NCBI GenBank assembly: GCA_973851085.1
Contig: OZ316776.1
Span: forward strand, 1,736,001-1,800,000
DNA length: 64,000 nt
Reading direction: 5' to 3'
From: Ptychomitrium polyphyllum
Taxonomy: Eukaryota
Shown one piece after another: positions 26,101-39,299 of this stretch (position 1 is the first letter of the stretch; each line of letters opens with the position of its first letter). Position numbers and translations under genes: made by a program. Under the pieces are notes generated by a model. The model was not told where the DNA came from, did no database searches, and saw nothing but the letters and a program-made list of their open reading frames with translations.

Positions 26101-26754
26101 TGATATGTCATTAGCAGCCATTAGCTTCACAGAGATGTTTTTCCTTCATAGACATGTATAAGAAGGGAGGAGAGATATCCAAACTTCCAATTGTATGCAG
26201 CATTATTTCCAAGATAGATCATTTCCAGATCCTAGCTATCATGTCAAATCTTTGTGTTATCATGGATATGTGTGAAGAGTAGTTAGCCATGCCTTCATCA
26301 ACAACAACATCTGTTGAGCCAATTCAACTTTCTCAGCCCTTTGTAATAGAGGATCTAAGTCAAGATATGGGAGGGACATCCCATCGTCGAGTATGACCTC
26401 GCGCAGAAGTATTGACTAGTCGCCCTTCATGTTCCAATTTTGATTCAGATGCTTGCGCTCTAGTCATCTTGTTAGAAATTTGGAAGAATCACTCCTGGAG
26501 GATCCAAAATCTTGTTTGGAAGATGTTTTGAAGGATTTAATCAAGATCAAATTTTAAAATGGAACATTTCAACAATAAAAGGTTTAACTGGTGGTCATCG
26601 ATGCTTCTTGCAAGGACCAGGTGAACCAGTGAACAAAGAACAACGAGTAGAGTATGTTGATTTACTCCTTCGACAAATTTTGGAATTTGTAGAAATGTGA
26701 GAAGCAAGCAAATAAAAAGCTCTTCATAGGACTCGTTGCTAAATGGAGAGGTGA

Positions 26755-27339
26755 TGTTACGGACATAGATCATGCAACATAATCCTTAGAACATTCTAAA
26801 ACCTTCTAGTATACTATAATAGCTTCTTGGAATACTTTTAGATGTCTTCATAGTCTTTCCGTGTTCTTAGGAAGCTTCTTAGGAGAGTTCCCCCATCTTA
26901 GGAAATTTCCTTGGAAGGTTCTATCATCTTAAGTAACTTCTTAGAGAACTTCTTACGAAGATTCCATCACCTCATGAAACTTCTTAAGAAGGTTCCATCA
27001 TTTTAGGAAACTTCTTAGGAAGGTTCTACCTCTTTAAAAAGCTTCCTAAGAAGGTTCCGCTATCTTAGGAAATTTCCAAGGAAGGTTCCCTAGATTTCCT
27101 GAACATTCTTAAACCTTGTAAGAAGCTTCTTTAGAAGTATCTTAGGAAATACAAATGTCATAGTATAAATAGGAAGCAAGACAAGGTGTTCCTTAGTCTT
27201 GCCAATACAAGTTGTGGATCATCTTGAATCCTGCCTTGTTCTAGTCTTTGTATCAAAGTTCTTGTTAATCATTAGCTCTTTGGAAGCTAATTCTTGAAAA
27301 ACACTTCGTTTCTGCTTCTTGTTTCTTGTGTCCCTAAAA
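26755..27339 (+). repeat. 3' LTR (about 585 bp) with 7 internal ~31-bp repeats
   Basis: Begins TGTTACGGAC directly after the PPT. The terminal CA is mutated to AA. About 13 mismatches by eye versus the 5' LTR over the last ~250 nt. Confidence 0.92.
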
Positions 27340-27423
27340 AATCATGCAATATAGACTTAAAAACCTTCTAGAACCTTCGGGTACATTTATAGTAGCTTTT
27401 TAAAATCCTTTGAATGCTTCTAT

Positions 27424-27740
27424 TGTTATGAATACTTGAAACAAGAAGCAGACACAAAATGGTTTTTATGAATTAACTTCCAAAAATCTAATGATTAACA
27501 AGAATTGATATAAAGACAAGAACTAAGGTACGCTACAATATGATCTACAACGTGTGTTGGCAAGACAAAGCTATACCTTGTCTTGCTTCCTATTTATACT
27601 ATTGTTGCTTGTATTTCATTGAATACTTCTGAAGAAATTTCTTATAAAGCTTTAAAATGTTTTAGAGGTTTTTGGAACCTTCCCAAAAAGTTTTTCAAAA
27701 GAGGTGGAACTTTCCTAAGAAGTTTCTCAAGGAGGTGGAA
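27424..27740 (-). mobile_element. Partial LTR in inverted orientation
   Basis: Starts TGTTA and contains TTGGCAAGAC and CCTTGTCTTGCTTCCTATTTATACTAT, the reverse complement of the LTR TATA/R region. Confidence 0.8.
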
Positions 27741-27750
27741 CAAATATAGA

Positions 27751-28109
27751 TACCACAAATATAGATTATGCAATATAGGCTTTAAAACCTTCTAGATCCT
27801 TCTGATACATTGTAGTTTCTGCTTGGAATACTTTCTATGCTTCCATAATTGATCCATCATTTCAAAAAACTTCTTAGGAAGGTTCCATGGATTTTTAGAA
27901 CATTCTTAAGCTTTATAAGAAGCTTCTTTAGAACTATCTTAGGAAATACAAGTATCATAGTATAAATAAGAAGCAAGACAAGGTGTATCTTAGTCTTGCT
28001 GACATATTGTATTTGTCTTTGCATCATATTCTTGTTAATTATTAGCTCTTTATAAGCTAATGCTTAGGAATTAATTAATGTCTGCTTTTTGTTTCTAATG
28101 TCCTTAATA
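27751..28109 (+). mobile_element. Older short solo LTR
   Basis: TACCACAAATATAGATTATGCAATATAG ... TATAAATAAGAAGCAAGACAAGGTGT ... TGTCCTTAATA, with few internal repeats. Confidence 0.8.
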
Positions 28110-30326
28110 AATGTAAGCAATCTATAATTATTATTTTCATTTAAAGAAGTTTATAATGCATGTTAAAAAATATGAAATATTGAATGTCTTTAGAATGTGA
28201 AAAAGTTATACAAACTAAAACTAATTTAGGCTAATGATAAGGGTTGAAAAGTAAGATAAACTTTGCATATTCAATAAATGTATATTTTGTAAGGAATCTA
28301 TATAAGAAAGATAAACAGTAAAAATATAAATGAAAAATATTTATTAAGACTATTATTTGCTTTTATAGGAAGTAATTACTAGTAAAACATTTGATATGAA
28401 AGAACACTTTAAAATAGGGATATAATAAAATCAATTTTCCATCTTGGATAAATCATAGGTAATTTTTTTCAAGTTAAAGTAGATTTCCTACAATTACAAT
28501 TGTGTTATAAATTATATATACTTTTAAGTAATTTGATATAGATGCAAAATCAAAATTGAATCAAAATGTCATATATTTGATTATAACATCTTTAGAAGGA
28601 ATTATAATCTAATAGAAGTAGAAATTTTTAATTTATACAATTTTTATTGGATTGTGGAAATTAAAAAGAATAAGATTTTATACATAAAATTAAGTGCAAT
28701 TAAATTATGGAAAAAAAGAATCTATGGTTCCTTTAGATGTTGGCTAATGCTTCATTTAGCTCCAATTTTGGTTTACGTGTTTTATGTAATTCTTTGGTTC
28801 ATTTTTTTTTCTAAAAATAAACTTATGTCACAAGTTTATTTTTGTAATTAATACTTGCATAATAATTAAAAAAAATAGCTATTAAGAATTTTATGAATTC
28901 ATTATTAGACCACCAAAGGTTCAACTAAGCATGCTCTATCTTAGTTTAGATTCTTAAAATATTAATCATCTATAAGTAATAATTCAAATTTGGATCTTAC
29001 TTGTAAATTTAAGAAAGAAAAATTCTTTTCATATACACTCATCTGACTTCTATGAGTTTGTCCAATTCTTAAATGTTATAATATAGCAAGAAATAGAAAA
29101 CCTAGTAGCTTCAAAATCTAAGAAGTAGAGATGTTAGATTATGCTAAAGAACATTGTGCAAGTAACACAACATTTTAAAGTAAACTTGGTACTCATTCTT
29201 CAATAAAATAACTTAACATCAAAAAACTTGATTTTGAACATTCATAATATTTTCATACCACATTGAGGTAATGCATCTTAAAGTGTGTCAAAATCTTTAC
29301 TCATATTTATTGAATAGCAGGCATTGAAAAACAATGATACATTGATAGTAACATCCCCAGCCTTAGAGCCACGCTTATGGGGGTTGCTACTTAGTACCCA
29401 CCCCACATGTTGACAAATGTTACCCTATTCGTCCCACCCCAGATGGAATTTCAGAAGATGTCCCAAAGCCCAAACGTCGTCACCTTCTTCGTGAGCGCAG
29501 CAGATGAATACCATTGTCATCCGTCGTTCCAGTCGTAAAATTAGTTCATCCAGCAGTTCTGACGTGGAATCACCATCTACTATTTCGTTTGTAGGAATAT
29601 CATTCATCCAGAGCTTCGGTGAATCATTCATCCGAGGCGGAGGCGTCGTCTCGCTGCGATGAGGAATAAGGAACGTCGTCCGAGGCAGAGGATTCGCATT
29701 GCGTTCCGCCATCGCCATCGCCATCGCATTTGCCCATCGGTTGCAGCTCCGCCATCGCCATCGCTGTCCGTACTTGAGCTCCACATCACTGGTAAACGCT
29801 TCTAGCTTGCTCACCTCACCTTTCTCCCACTCTATCTTTCCAAGTTTAGCATACCGGACTTCGCTTCGGTAGCGTGGTAATGCGGGGCTTACCACCTGGG
29901 CGGGAGTGTTCCAGGTGCAGTTTTCGGTCCCAGTTTTTGGAACGCGTTTCTCGCGATGGCTTGTACTCGTTCCTATAGGTGTTGGTGATGTTGTTGTAGT
30001 TGTATCCGTGGGTTTAAGACCCCGGGAGTGCTCAGTCTAGGTGGTTCTTTTTAGGTTTTGAGAAGAAACTAAACTGACTTTCTAGCTTGAGTTTTGTGTT
30101 GATCATGCACTATGACCATCAGTGCACTTTCTTGCTCTTGTCTATAGGTTTTGTGCTTGTTTCTTTTATTAGTTTTGAGTTTGTTCACATTTTAGCGGAC
30201 TTTTTAATGTCAGTCGAGTTTGGCTTTCTATCGTTGTGGTTGTGTACGGGAAGACAATGCTGTACTGATCCGGTGCGGGAATTGGAAGCTCATCGGGAAC
30301 TTGAACGGTTGAATTTGCAGATCAAG

Positions 30327-33300
30327 ATGAGAAGAGGTCGTAGCCCCACTCCTCCACGAAGGAGTTATGGAGGAGGTAGCAGAAGACGCAGTTTCAGTCC
30401 CCGAGGTGGTCGCGGAGGATACGGTAGGGATGACCCAGAACCCAGCAGCCTTTTAGTGCGCAACATTCCGCGAGACTGCAGGTATGTTTCGGCATGGGTT
30501 GGCACTGTGCTTACATCACCATTGGTGAATGCTGTTATTTGTCTTAGGAAAGCAGCGGAGGTTGCATGTGTTTGCTTTCAATGTGTACATCTGTTAGTTG
30601 TTTTGCATGGTGGTAATGTCCTTTATTTCATACTTGCAGTGCTCAAGAACTTCGTCTCCCATTCGAGCAATTCGGGGTTGTCAAGGACGTCTATCTTCCA
30701 AGAGATTACTACACAGGGTACGTGCTGCAATGAAATGGCAGTGAAAACATGTGTGTTGGTACGTCCTATGAGTTCTTTAACGGTGATACAGACATAGTAC
30801 TATAATCTGACTACAGAGAAATTCTCGTGTCGGTAAGATTTTCCGATGAGGAAATGTATGCTTTATGCCAATTACGGTTGTTAGTTTATCTTGTCTGAAC
30901 ACCTTTTCAACGATCAGTTCTTTTGTTAGGCTCTCCTTTCGTGATGGGAAAAGGACCATCTACCTGCATGTGACTTCCCGACTTCCGTATTTCTTTATGT
31001 TACTTTCCAGAGATTTCTCCGGAAGTGATTCTTATGGACGAAGCCCTGAAGGTTTGAATGGTGTAGTCGTTGTCAACTAGACTTGGAGACATCGTTTTCA
31101 ATCTTTAGGTGTAGGGCACTATCTATCTTCCGTCGTATTCCACCTGGTAGATGTGTAAAGCACAGTATGCGTAATTATAATACCTTTTGAATCTCATTGA
31201 ACAAAGCGGAGGAAAGGACATTGTTGGGACCTAGATCGTATTATCCATATAAAAGGAATCCACATAGATCGGTAGTTTTTGAATTAGTCACAATTGACCA
31301 CTTGGTTGGTTACTTAACAGTTTGGCTTCACAAGGGCAGTAGAGATGAGGCTTACATGAAGAATACCAGTACCCAGATGTTCTGAAGTTTCACGCATGGA
31401 GTCAAGATAGTGAAGTTTTAAAGTTGAAGCGAAGATAGAGTTGGTCGATGGCCCAAGAGGCGGAAGATGTGAACAAAGTTAATGATATTTTTTCAGCGCA
31501 TTGGGAGTTGGAGTAAAGTCCAAGCGAACAAGTGCACTGCTTTTCCACAAATTGTTTTGGGAGATTTGGAAGAAGTGGGAGAAGATAGGTCGTTCCATTG
31601 TCTAGTAAGGTGTTGATTGTGGTCTGTCTATGCCACAAGGGTAGCTGCTAATATCGCTGGTGATTTCAATGAAATCTTATTATATTATTCTCAGTGGGGA
31701 AGTCCTCGGTTACTTTGAGGTAGCGGTGATGAGGGGTTCGATGATTTTCTTGACGAACGTGCAGACCAACCGAAGCGGACAGGTGTTCTATTCTCAAAGT
31801 TCATAATTATGAAGAACCTATTTTTACTTTCATACTCTGATGTGATGTCCAGGGGTTCATGTGAATCTGACTGCAGCCTGTTTTTATATATGCTGGTAAA
31901 CACAGCATGCCACCTTCTTGCTTTTGCAGTGGCGTGTTTCGGTGTTACAGACTTCATGGTGATGCTTTCGTTTATAGAATTGCCACAAGTGAAATCTTTT
32001 GGCGGGGTCGGTTTTCTGTTCTCAAAGTTGACATGCATTCTATGTATTTTAACTGAAATATTAAATACTCTTTTTGGTGGTTACAAAATAGTGTCTAGGA
32101 TTTTTAAGCACCAGAAACGGCATTGTTGAAACTACCAAGAGCTCTTGTGCACCATCATATTCTATTCTTGATGGAGACTGGCTCTGATTTCTGGGTTAAT
32201 GCAGGCAGCCACGAGGATTTGGATTTGTGCAGTTTGCGGACCCTAGAGATGCTGCTATTGCTCAACGCAACCTGGATCACCAGATTGTTTTCGGTCGAGA
32301 AGTTACTGTCGTGTTTGCGGAGGAGAATCGTAAAAAGCCTCAGGAAATGAGGACCAAGGAGCGAATCAGGTGCAGATTCTGTGACGCGGATTTTTTGTTT
32401 TTGAAACTCTTGAATTTTTATATTCAGGAGTACTTTGCATGTTCTATTGTCCAGTTTCGTGGGCTTGCTCTCCTCCGTCTCTCAATTCATTAAATGAAAA
32501 TAATGACTTAATGAATTTTAAGTGATGCTTCGTCATTTATCTGTCAAAGCTTTGGTGTATGGAGCAGAGTGGTGTGCTTTGTCAGGTTGTTTAACATCAT
32601 GTTTTGTCGTGCATATTCCAACTCTCCGGTTATAAATAAATTAGGCTTTACAATGAACAGATCTTGAGTATGAACACAGTCTCAATCAATAACGTTGTGC
32701 AGAGGCCGACCTGGATATGGAGGGTCCCATCGAGGTTCGCGATCTATGTATGAACGTAATGACCTTGCTCTCCATGATTGTATTTCGTTGAGTTCCTTCT
32801 GTTGGAGGCAGTTGTCATTCATGAAAGTGGGGCCGGTAGAACACAGTTGACGGTTTTGTAGCTCTTTTATGTTTGCACTCTCTCCAGTTTGTTGCTTTTC
32901 AAACATGTTTATTTCTGTTACAAAGGTAGCAATCGCGATGTTGCTGTCAGGGCAGGGCCAAGTCCTAATTTAGTTGTTGGGAAAGTACAGGTTCACGCTC
33001 ACGGTCACCACGACGCTTCGCCCCGTCTCCTCGAGGTGGACGTCGACCAAGGTAGATATTTTTGAATGAGCTTGAGTGTATTGCATTCATGGCTTGCCCC
33101 TGCAATATTTAGTATATTCTCTCTTCAAGCACGTGAAGAGACATTGCGAGCTCCTTATTCTTTTGTTGCTTTGAAATGTAGATCTCTGACACCGCCAGTC
33201 AGATCTACACGAACCCCTTCTCCACGACGCCATGGCAATGCTCTTTCTAGATCACCCTCCCCAGTGAGATCTCACAGGAGAAGAACAAGAGACAGGTCTC

Positions 33301-33707
33301 CCCTACCACCTCCAAGGTCTGGTAGAGATGTCTCCCCTCGTCGATCCCTAGACGTTGAGCCTCGCATACGAGATGGTGAGCCTTGCACCAACAGTAGAGA
33401 CAGTCATGCTGCACGGTAAGTTTCGTTTCCTTTTTTGGAATGTTTTGTGATGTTCACAGTCCAATTAGTGAGAACAGTAACTGGAATGTAGTATTTGTCT
33501 TGGTCTGCGTCGACTGGATATTGTGTTTGACGCAGGCGATTCACTTGTAGGTCGCGATCAAGGACCCCAGCTGGATTACCTGCTACTCCTCCTCGGATGC
33601 AGCTATCTCCTTCGCCACAGGCTCGGAAGGTATCCCCGTCTGATCACTTCGAGGATGGCCCAGAGAGGCAGTGGGATCTACCGGAGATGAACTTGTGTAG
33701 AATATGA
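30327..33707 (+). CDS. SCL: SC35-like (SCL30/SCL33-type) serine/arginine-rich splicing factor
   Basis: MRRGRSPTPPRR N-terminal extension. RRM: SSLLVRNI (30327-30481), QELRLPFEQFGVVKDVYLPRDYYTG (30640-30717), QPRGFGFVQF...VVFAEENRKKPQEMR (32205-32369). RS/SP-rich exons at ~32703-32747, ~32986-33051, 33182-33415 and 33551-33707; the 3' exon junctions are less certain. Confidence 0.93.
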
Positions 33708-36700
33708 AGTTCTATTTCCTTTTTTGGAATTTTTTCGTTTGCTACAAATTTGTCAAATTAAGGCAGATCTAAGTGAAATACATTTGTGCAGATGAGCTCA
33801 ATCGTCTGAATTCCGGATGAGGATCTGACTATTCTCCTCGACCTCCTCTATCTTTTTAGGCGATCTAGAGGACCTACGCTGCATGCTAGAACTTTTGGAA
33901 AGCATCCGTAGTTGCCTCTGTTACTTTGAAATGTTTTTTGAATCGGGAATCTTTTATTTCAGAAGGAAGTCTAGTATTGCCATTTGCGTTGAAATTAGTT
34001 ACTTCAGCTTTCTCTTTCTTGCCATAGGCACCGAACGACTAATTAGTGTTGCAATCACCTTCTCTCTACCTGTAGCTGCAAGTCTGAACAGCTGAAATGA
34101 TGATACGAGACTGCATTACCATTTCAATTTGAAGCTGCATACAGGGGAGCTTACGTAATCTTGCAGCTGCATGTCGATGGAGTCGAAGTCTATAATGTTC
34201 CTGCGCACTAAAGTAGTCTGTGACGAAAATTATGCTGAGAAAACACCTGTAGAGCAAAACAAGACTTTTTACAGATTAGTTTTAGAATTTGCCAACAGTA
34301 AAGCAGTGCTTACTCTTAATCATAGTGGTTTTAGTTACGGTCAAGAGGGAAGCTCAATGAGCCCCTGAGAAGCATGGATTTTTACATTGTTAGCTTTAGG
34401 ACGAGAGCTGGTCTGTTGCTATTATGACGTCTGTTACATTTTCGTTCACAATGGCATGCTTTGATCTGTAATATTTTGCTTGCATGCTGGATTTAAGGAT
34501 TGTATAAACTTGTAGCTAGAGGTGTCTCGGTGAGCGACTGCCAAGTCCACGATCCTCACATTCTTATCTCGTGTACTTTTCAATTTTGCTACATATTTAA
34601 TCCGTTACGCGAGATGGTAACTATTTCATTCCAACTGCATCCAAGTGTTTCGTCTATATGTTCGTTGCCACCTAGTCTTACTGTAAGCATGCTAGTCTCC
34701 ACCGACTCCGTTGCACCACCGACTCCGTTGCTCCGCCCTATACTCATTCTCGATAAACTATTGAGTATTGCGAGTGTCTGAATGATTGCACTGATGTGAA
34801 AGACTTGCAAAATCAAATTTAGAATTCGTTAAATTTGTTAAGTGGAGTGTAAGTGGAAGGGCTCGTATAAACTAAACCTCCTTATTGGTTCTCAACATAG
34901 AAACGGAATGAAGAGCTTGACCGCCGAATTGTAGAGATGCTAAAGGAGTAGAAACTTACAGAAACTTACAGAAGTAATCAACTCTTAAATGTCTAACAGT
35001 TTCAATTCTTGGCTTCATCCTCCAGCGTCAATCAAATGAGCTAGTTTAGAAATAACACCATAGTTGACATTGCCGTTGTTATTAATGGAGGTGCAAATTT
35101 TGTTTAGTGAGTTGCAAAATACATTTGTGCTGTTGCATTGCAACGGCCTCCCTTCTAGTTGAAATGAGCTGGAAAAGACACCAAAGTCTGTCAAAGTTGT
35201 GTGATAATTTGTGACGTTTTGAGAAGTTTTGTTAACATGCTGAATTGTCGTCAGGCTTTAGTGCAGTTGCGTGTTTGCCATGATGCTGATGCATTAGACG
35301 AACCCAAAGAAACTTGTGGCGACTATTGATATTTGGCCGCACCGAGACCTGAATGCTCCCCTTCAATGGCGGCCAGCTGCTGTTAATTCTTTAGCTTCTC
35401 GGTAACTCGCTTACACTTTCAAACAGAAAATCCATATTGCTCTTATTATGCATAACTTAGTAAAGCTGGACAGTCACGCTTCATTACTTGCAGTAGATAA
35501 TAGGATTGTGTGATTCTTTACTTAAGAGTCGATTGACAAATGGTTTTGTTTTCTGAATGCTGATGTTTGCGTTCATAGTCAAGCCACGCCATCTGGTTAA
35601 AAATAAGAATGAAGACTGGAATGATCGTAAATGGCCACTGCAGTAACCATTTCACTTCCGAACTTATGTCTGCCACGGTCAGGTCTGACCTTGAAGGATG
35701 ACTGACGGACGTTTTAACGCTGAACAGCTCTGTTTTGACAGTCTTCTTGCAGGCCACACATGACCATCACTGCTATCTCAAGCCATTGACCAAGACATCA
35801 TCATGGAGAGTATTAACAGATTTGAACCTGACCACACTGAATTCATGCACGTTGTATTCCATCAAGAATTTAGATCACAGCATTTGTAGCCATTGGCAGG
35901 TTCCTTGAGGCAGGTGTTTGCTATGTAGGGGTGCTTAATTTGTATTTTCAAACATTAAATTGAAGTCGCAATGCTAAAATCAAGTTCTAGCCGGGTAGGA
36001 TTCATTCCAGTGTTTTGAGGATGTTGAAACAGGGCCCAGACTCCAAATGTGTGGAATGGTGAGGCTGTCCAAAATTGGTGATGGTTGCCTGTTGACTTGT
36101 AGTAGCCTAAACAAGGTTGTAGTACTCAAAACTCAATTACTTGTATCTGGACAAGTCTCTGTTCACATTCTCTTTCTCATCATCTTGCATTCTTACCCAG
36201 GCGTACCTTGTGTGGTTGTGGAAAGGCCAGTGATCAAACTACAAATGATGAGTAATTATGAGAATGAAGATATCTGATTTTAATGGTACCTGAATTGAAA
36301 CATGTACATTTAAGCTGGGCACTTTCTGATGTAATTATGGAGCTTGCTGACTGCAGAAGTGTAACATGGACTAATCCAATAAACCACAATTGTCAGGTTA
36401 GCCTTAATTTTGTCCATGTTCTAACTTCTGGCTCTTATTGAGATATTTGTTGGAACTTGTATTTCTAGCATCCAGAGTCCAGACTCTGGCTCCATTTATG
36501 AGTCTCAAACCAACAGTCTCACAAGGCTACTATTATATTAGTTCAACTTATGTATGTATTGGAGTTTGCAAATATGTCCTTCTAAGGACACTCAGCTATT
36601 TAAGGGAAAACCCAACCTCCAAGATGAGCTCATAGCTTGGGGATGCTAACAATATCTGATGATTCAGAATATCATCCAAAATGACTCATGAAATGGAGAA

Positions 36701-39299
36701 CTTGGGGTAGTAAAAGTTTCAGTTCTTTTTGATGTTCTTACACCTTTGGAAATATAGTTCTGTCATTTTCAGGGGTGGGATAAAGCATGTGCAGCAAACC
36801 CCACCAAAGATTATTTGGTTACATAGCTAAGTAATGTACTCTTATTAAGCCTACATCAGAGCAATCATGCCTAGAAGGGTATTGTCCTCAGGGTATAACT
36901 TAATCATGGACGCCTTGTAATTTGCTTCCAACTTTATGCATGAAGGATATATGTACTCAACAGGAGGTTGGAATGTGGGAGCCTCTGAGATTTAATTTAG
37001 AAGAAGAACTGTGCATGACCTCTGTGGGTGTGTGCTTATTTTTGGAATTTTCATGTTCTCCTTTTTCTCAACATACACCTTATTTCATAGCAGGTTTGTC
37101 AATAATTAATTCTAAAAATAGATGAAAACTGAGTTGTGCTAATTTTTTAAAATTTAGAAAGACTTTCAAAATAAAAAAAATGGATTTAGAAGAATGTTTT
37201 TTGTGATGAAAACTTCATTTTAGGAAAGCAAGAAAATATTTTTCTAGAAAATTCTTTTGTGATTGCAATATATTATTTGGATCTTGCATATTTAAAAAGA
37301 AAATTACATAAAACATCTTGGTAAGTGGGTAATGCACACAAAATGATAGTGAATCCTGACGGTGTGTAGCACTGATTGCGTGAAGGTGTGAATTTAGTCT
37401 TCCAATGAATCTTCAATCTAGAGTAGAATACATTTTCCTAGAAAGAATCGAACAACACACTGTTAAGAGGGGTCACTGAAGACTGTTATTGTATGTCATG
37501 CCCTGGAAGTATGGTAGATTTGTGGACTATACAGTAAATGGTAATACGGTAAACTGGATTGTACCACCAGTCTATGAAATGTACCCTGCTTGTACATGTG
37601 AACCTGTTCATAGGCATGTCCACCAACCTCATCCCAGCACAAAGTCATGGCAAACTTCTGTCAAGTACTACTGGATGTACAGTGGAATTGTATGAGTAAC
37701 AAAGCCCTTCACTTTCTACATAAGTTTTCAAAATATGAAGCCTTCATGCTAGATAAGTCAAGCTGTTATCAGATAGTGCTAAATTTAACATTATTTAATT
37801 TTCAACGAAGTCAACAACACACTGAAGAGTGTTGGTCAGTTTCAAATCTCTACTACTGGCAAGGTTGGAGTCTGAAAGTGAGTACTTGAATGTCCATAAA
37901 TAAGAGAAGGAACTAGCAACCACACCATAGGGACTGGATTTACACAATGAAGCCTATGTTGACCCTGAAGTACTCAGCCCTGCTAATTTCCAATTCAAAT
38001 GGCAGACGCTTTGGGTTTGTCAATTACAGGGTTTGACCTTGCTATGATATAATACTTCATAACTCTTCATTCAACTTCGTAAAATAGTTTCACACTGCTC
38101 AGTCTTGCGAACGGTGCACACCAACCGGATGAATAATTGCGAGTAAGGTGTATATGGTTAAAACCAGTCTAGCCTGGCCCTCAAGTGCTGGATTAATTTT
38201 CTTGATTAGTGCAGCTAGTGATAGTAATCCATGAAGAGTACCGTAGTGAAAACGTGAAGACAATGATCATTGAGTAGGAAGTACCGGTGCCGAAGCGTGG
38301 CCCAGCAGCAGATAAAGAGCTGAAATTTCAATTTTCAACGGCAACGGAACGACCCTGTTAAAGAGCACTGGCTGATGGGACTAGTGGTGTGAGTGCACGT
38401 CGTCTCTCATTAAAATGATCCAGAAGCCCAGCTCCCAGAAATCACATCATCATAAAAATCCTGCACTTAGCGGCAGTAATTCATAATTAGTCGAACCTCC
38501 AGCCCAGGCTTGTAGCGACGTCTATTTGACCTCCAGTTCCGGGCCTTTCAGCTCCCCACTTCACTAGTGGCGACCAGTCCACTTAAGTCATAGTCATATT
38601 TCATGCTGCTGCAGCGGTGTTTCTCAGCTTCAAGTACATGCACACACCCTTGCAGTCCGAGTTGCAGGGGAGGACTTAATATTCAGATCATCATCCTGCA
38701 CTGGCAGTCATCATATGCTCACATGACCAGCTGCCTTCCCCAACATTTGCCGCTGCAGCACCAGCAGCACAGAGTTGTCGACGTCGTCATTCGCCCTCCA
38801 GCAACGATTATTTCTTGACTGATATAATTCAATTCTTGGTAGGGGTTGCTGCATTTTTTTCAACCTGGAGTTTTTTGCAAAAGATGTCAAGGTCAGTTGG
38901 TCGTGGGGTAATATACAAAAGAAGTCGGTTTTGGTATTTTGGTTGTGGAGGGTGATAGTATACCGTATTGCAACGATGGAGAGAGACGCAGTGGGGTGTT
39001 AGAGGACCGGGAAAGAGAGGTGGGGCAGAGCGGCAGAGGTTTATATGACCTTGTGATGTCGTGCAGTTGCAGCAGTTTCTTCTTTTCTTCGACAGTGTCG
39101 AGGCAGTGCAGCGAGCTGGGCGGGGGATTAAGTGAGCCTCTTCTTTGACAATTCTTAAGGGACGGGATAATACATTTGTATTCATCTCTTCTCTTCAGAA
39201 ATTACTTCAAAAACCGTGTCAATGTTGACTCTTGGCCTAAAAAAGAAGCTGAGAGGTGCAACGATCAGTACAAAAAATTTCTTTTGCAGGCCAGGGAAT

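Larger units (their letters stand above)
20734..27339 (+). mobile_element. Full-length but defective Ty3/gypsy chromovirus LTR retrotransposon (Tcn1/Tf1-like; resembles the dominant moss gypsy families)
   Basis: Paired LTRs, gag-PR-RT-RH-IN-chromodomain order, purine-rich PPT AAATGGAGAGGTGA (26741-26754), and a probable TSD GATCA (20729-20733) / AATCA (27340-27344). Confidence 0.95.

Noticed and set aside
29425..29895. 156-aa minus-strand ORF upstream of the SCL gene
   Set aside because: Non-ATG start, lies in GC-rich promoter DNA, is partly built from GCCATC repeats, and has no recognisable domain.
34100..38900. Short ORFs between the SCL and SCPL genes
   Set aside because: All under 100 aa with no motifs or consistent exon chain; treated as intergenic.
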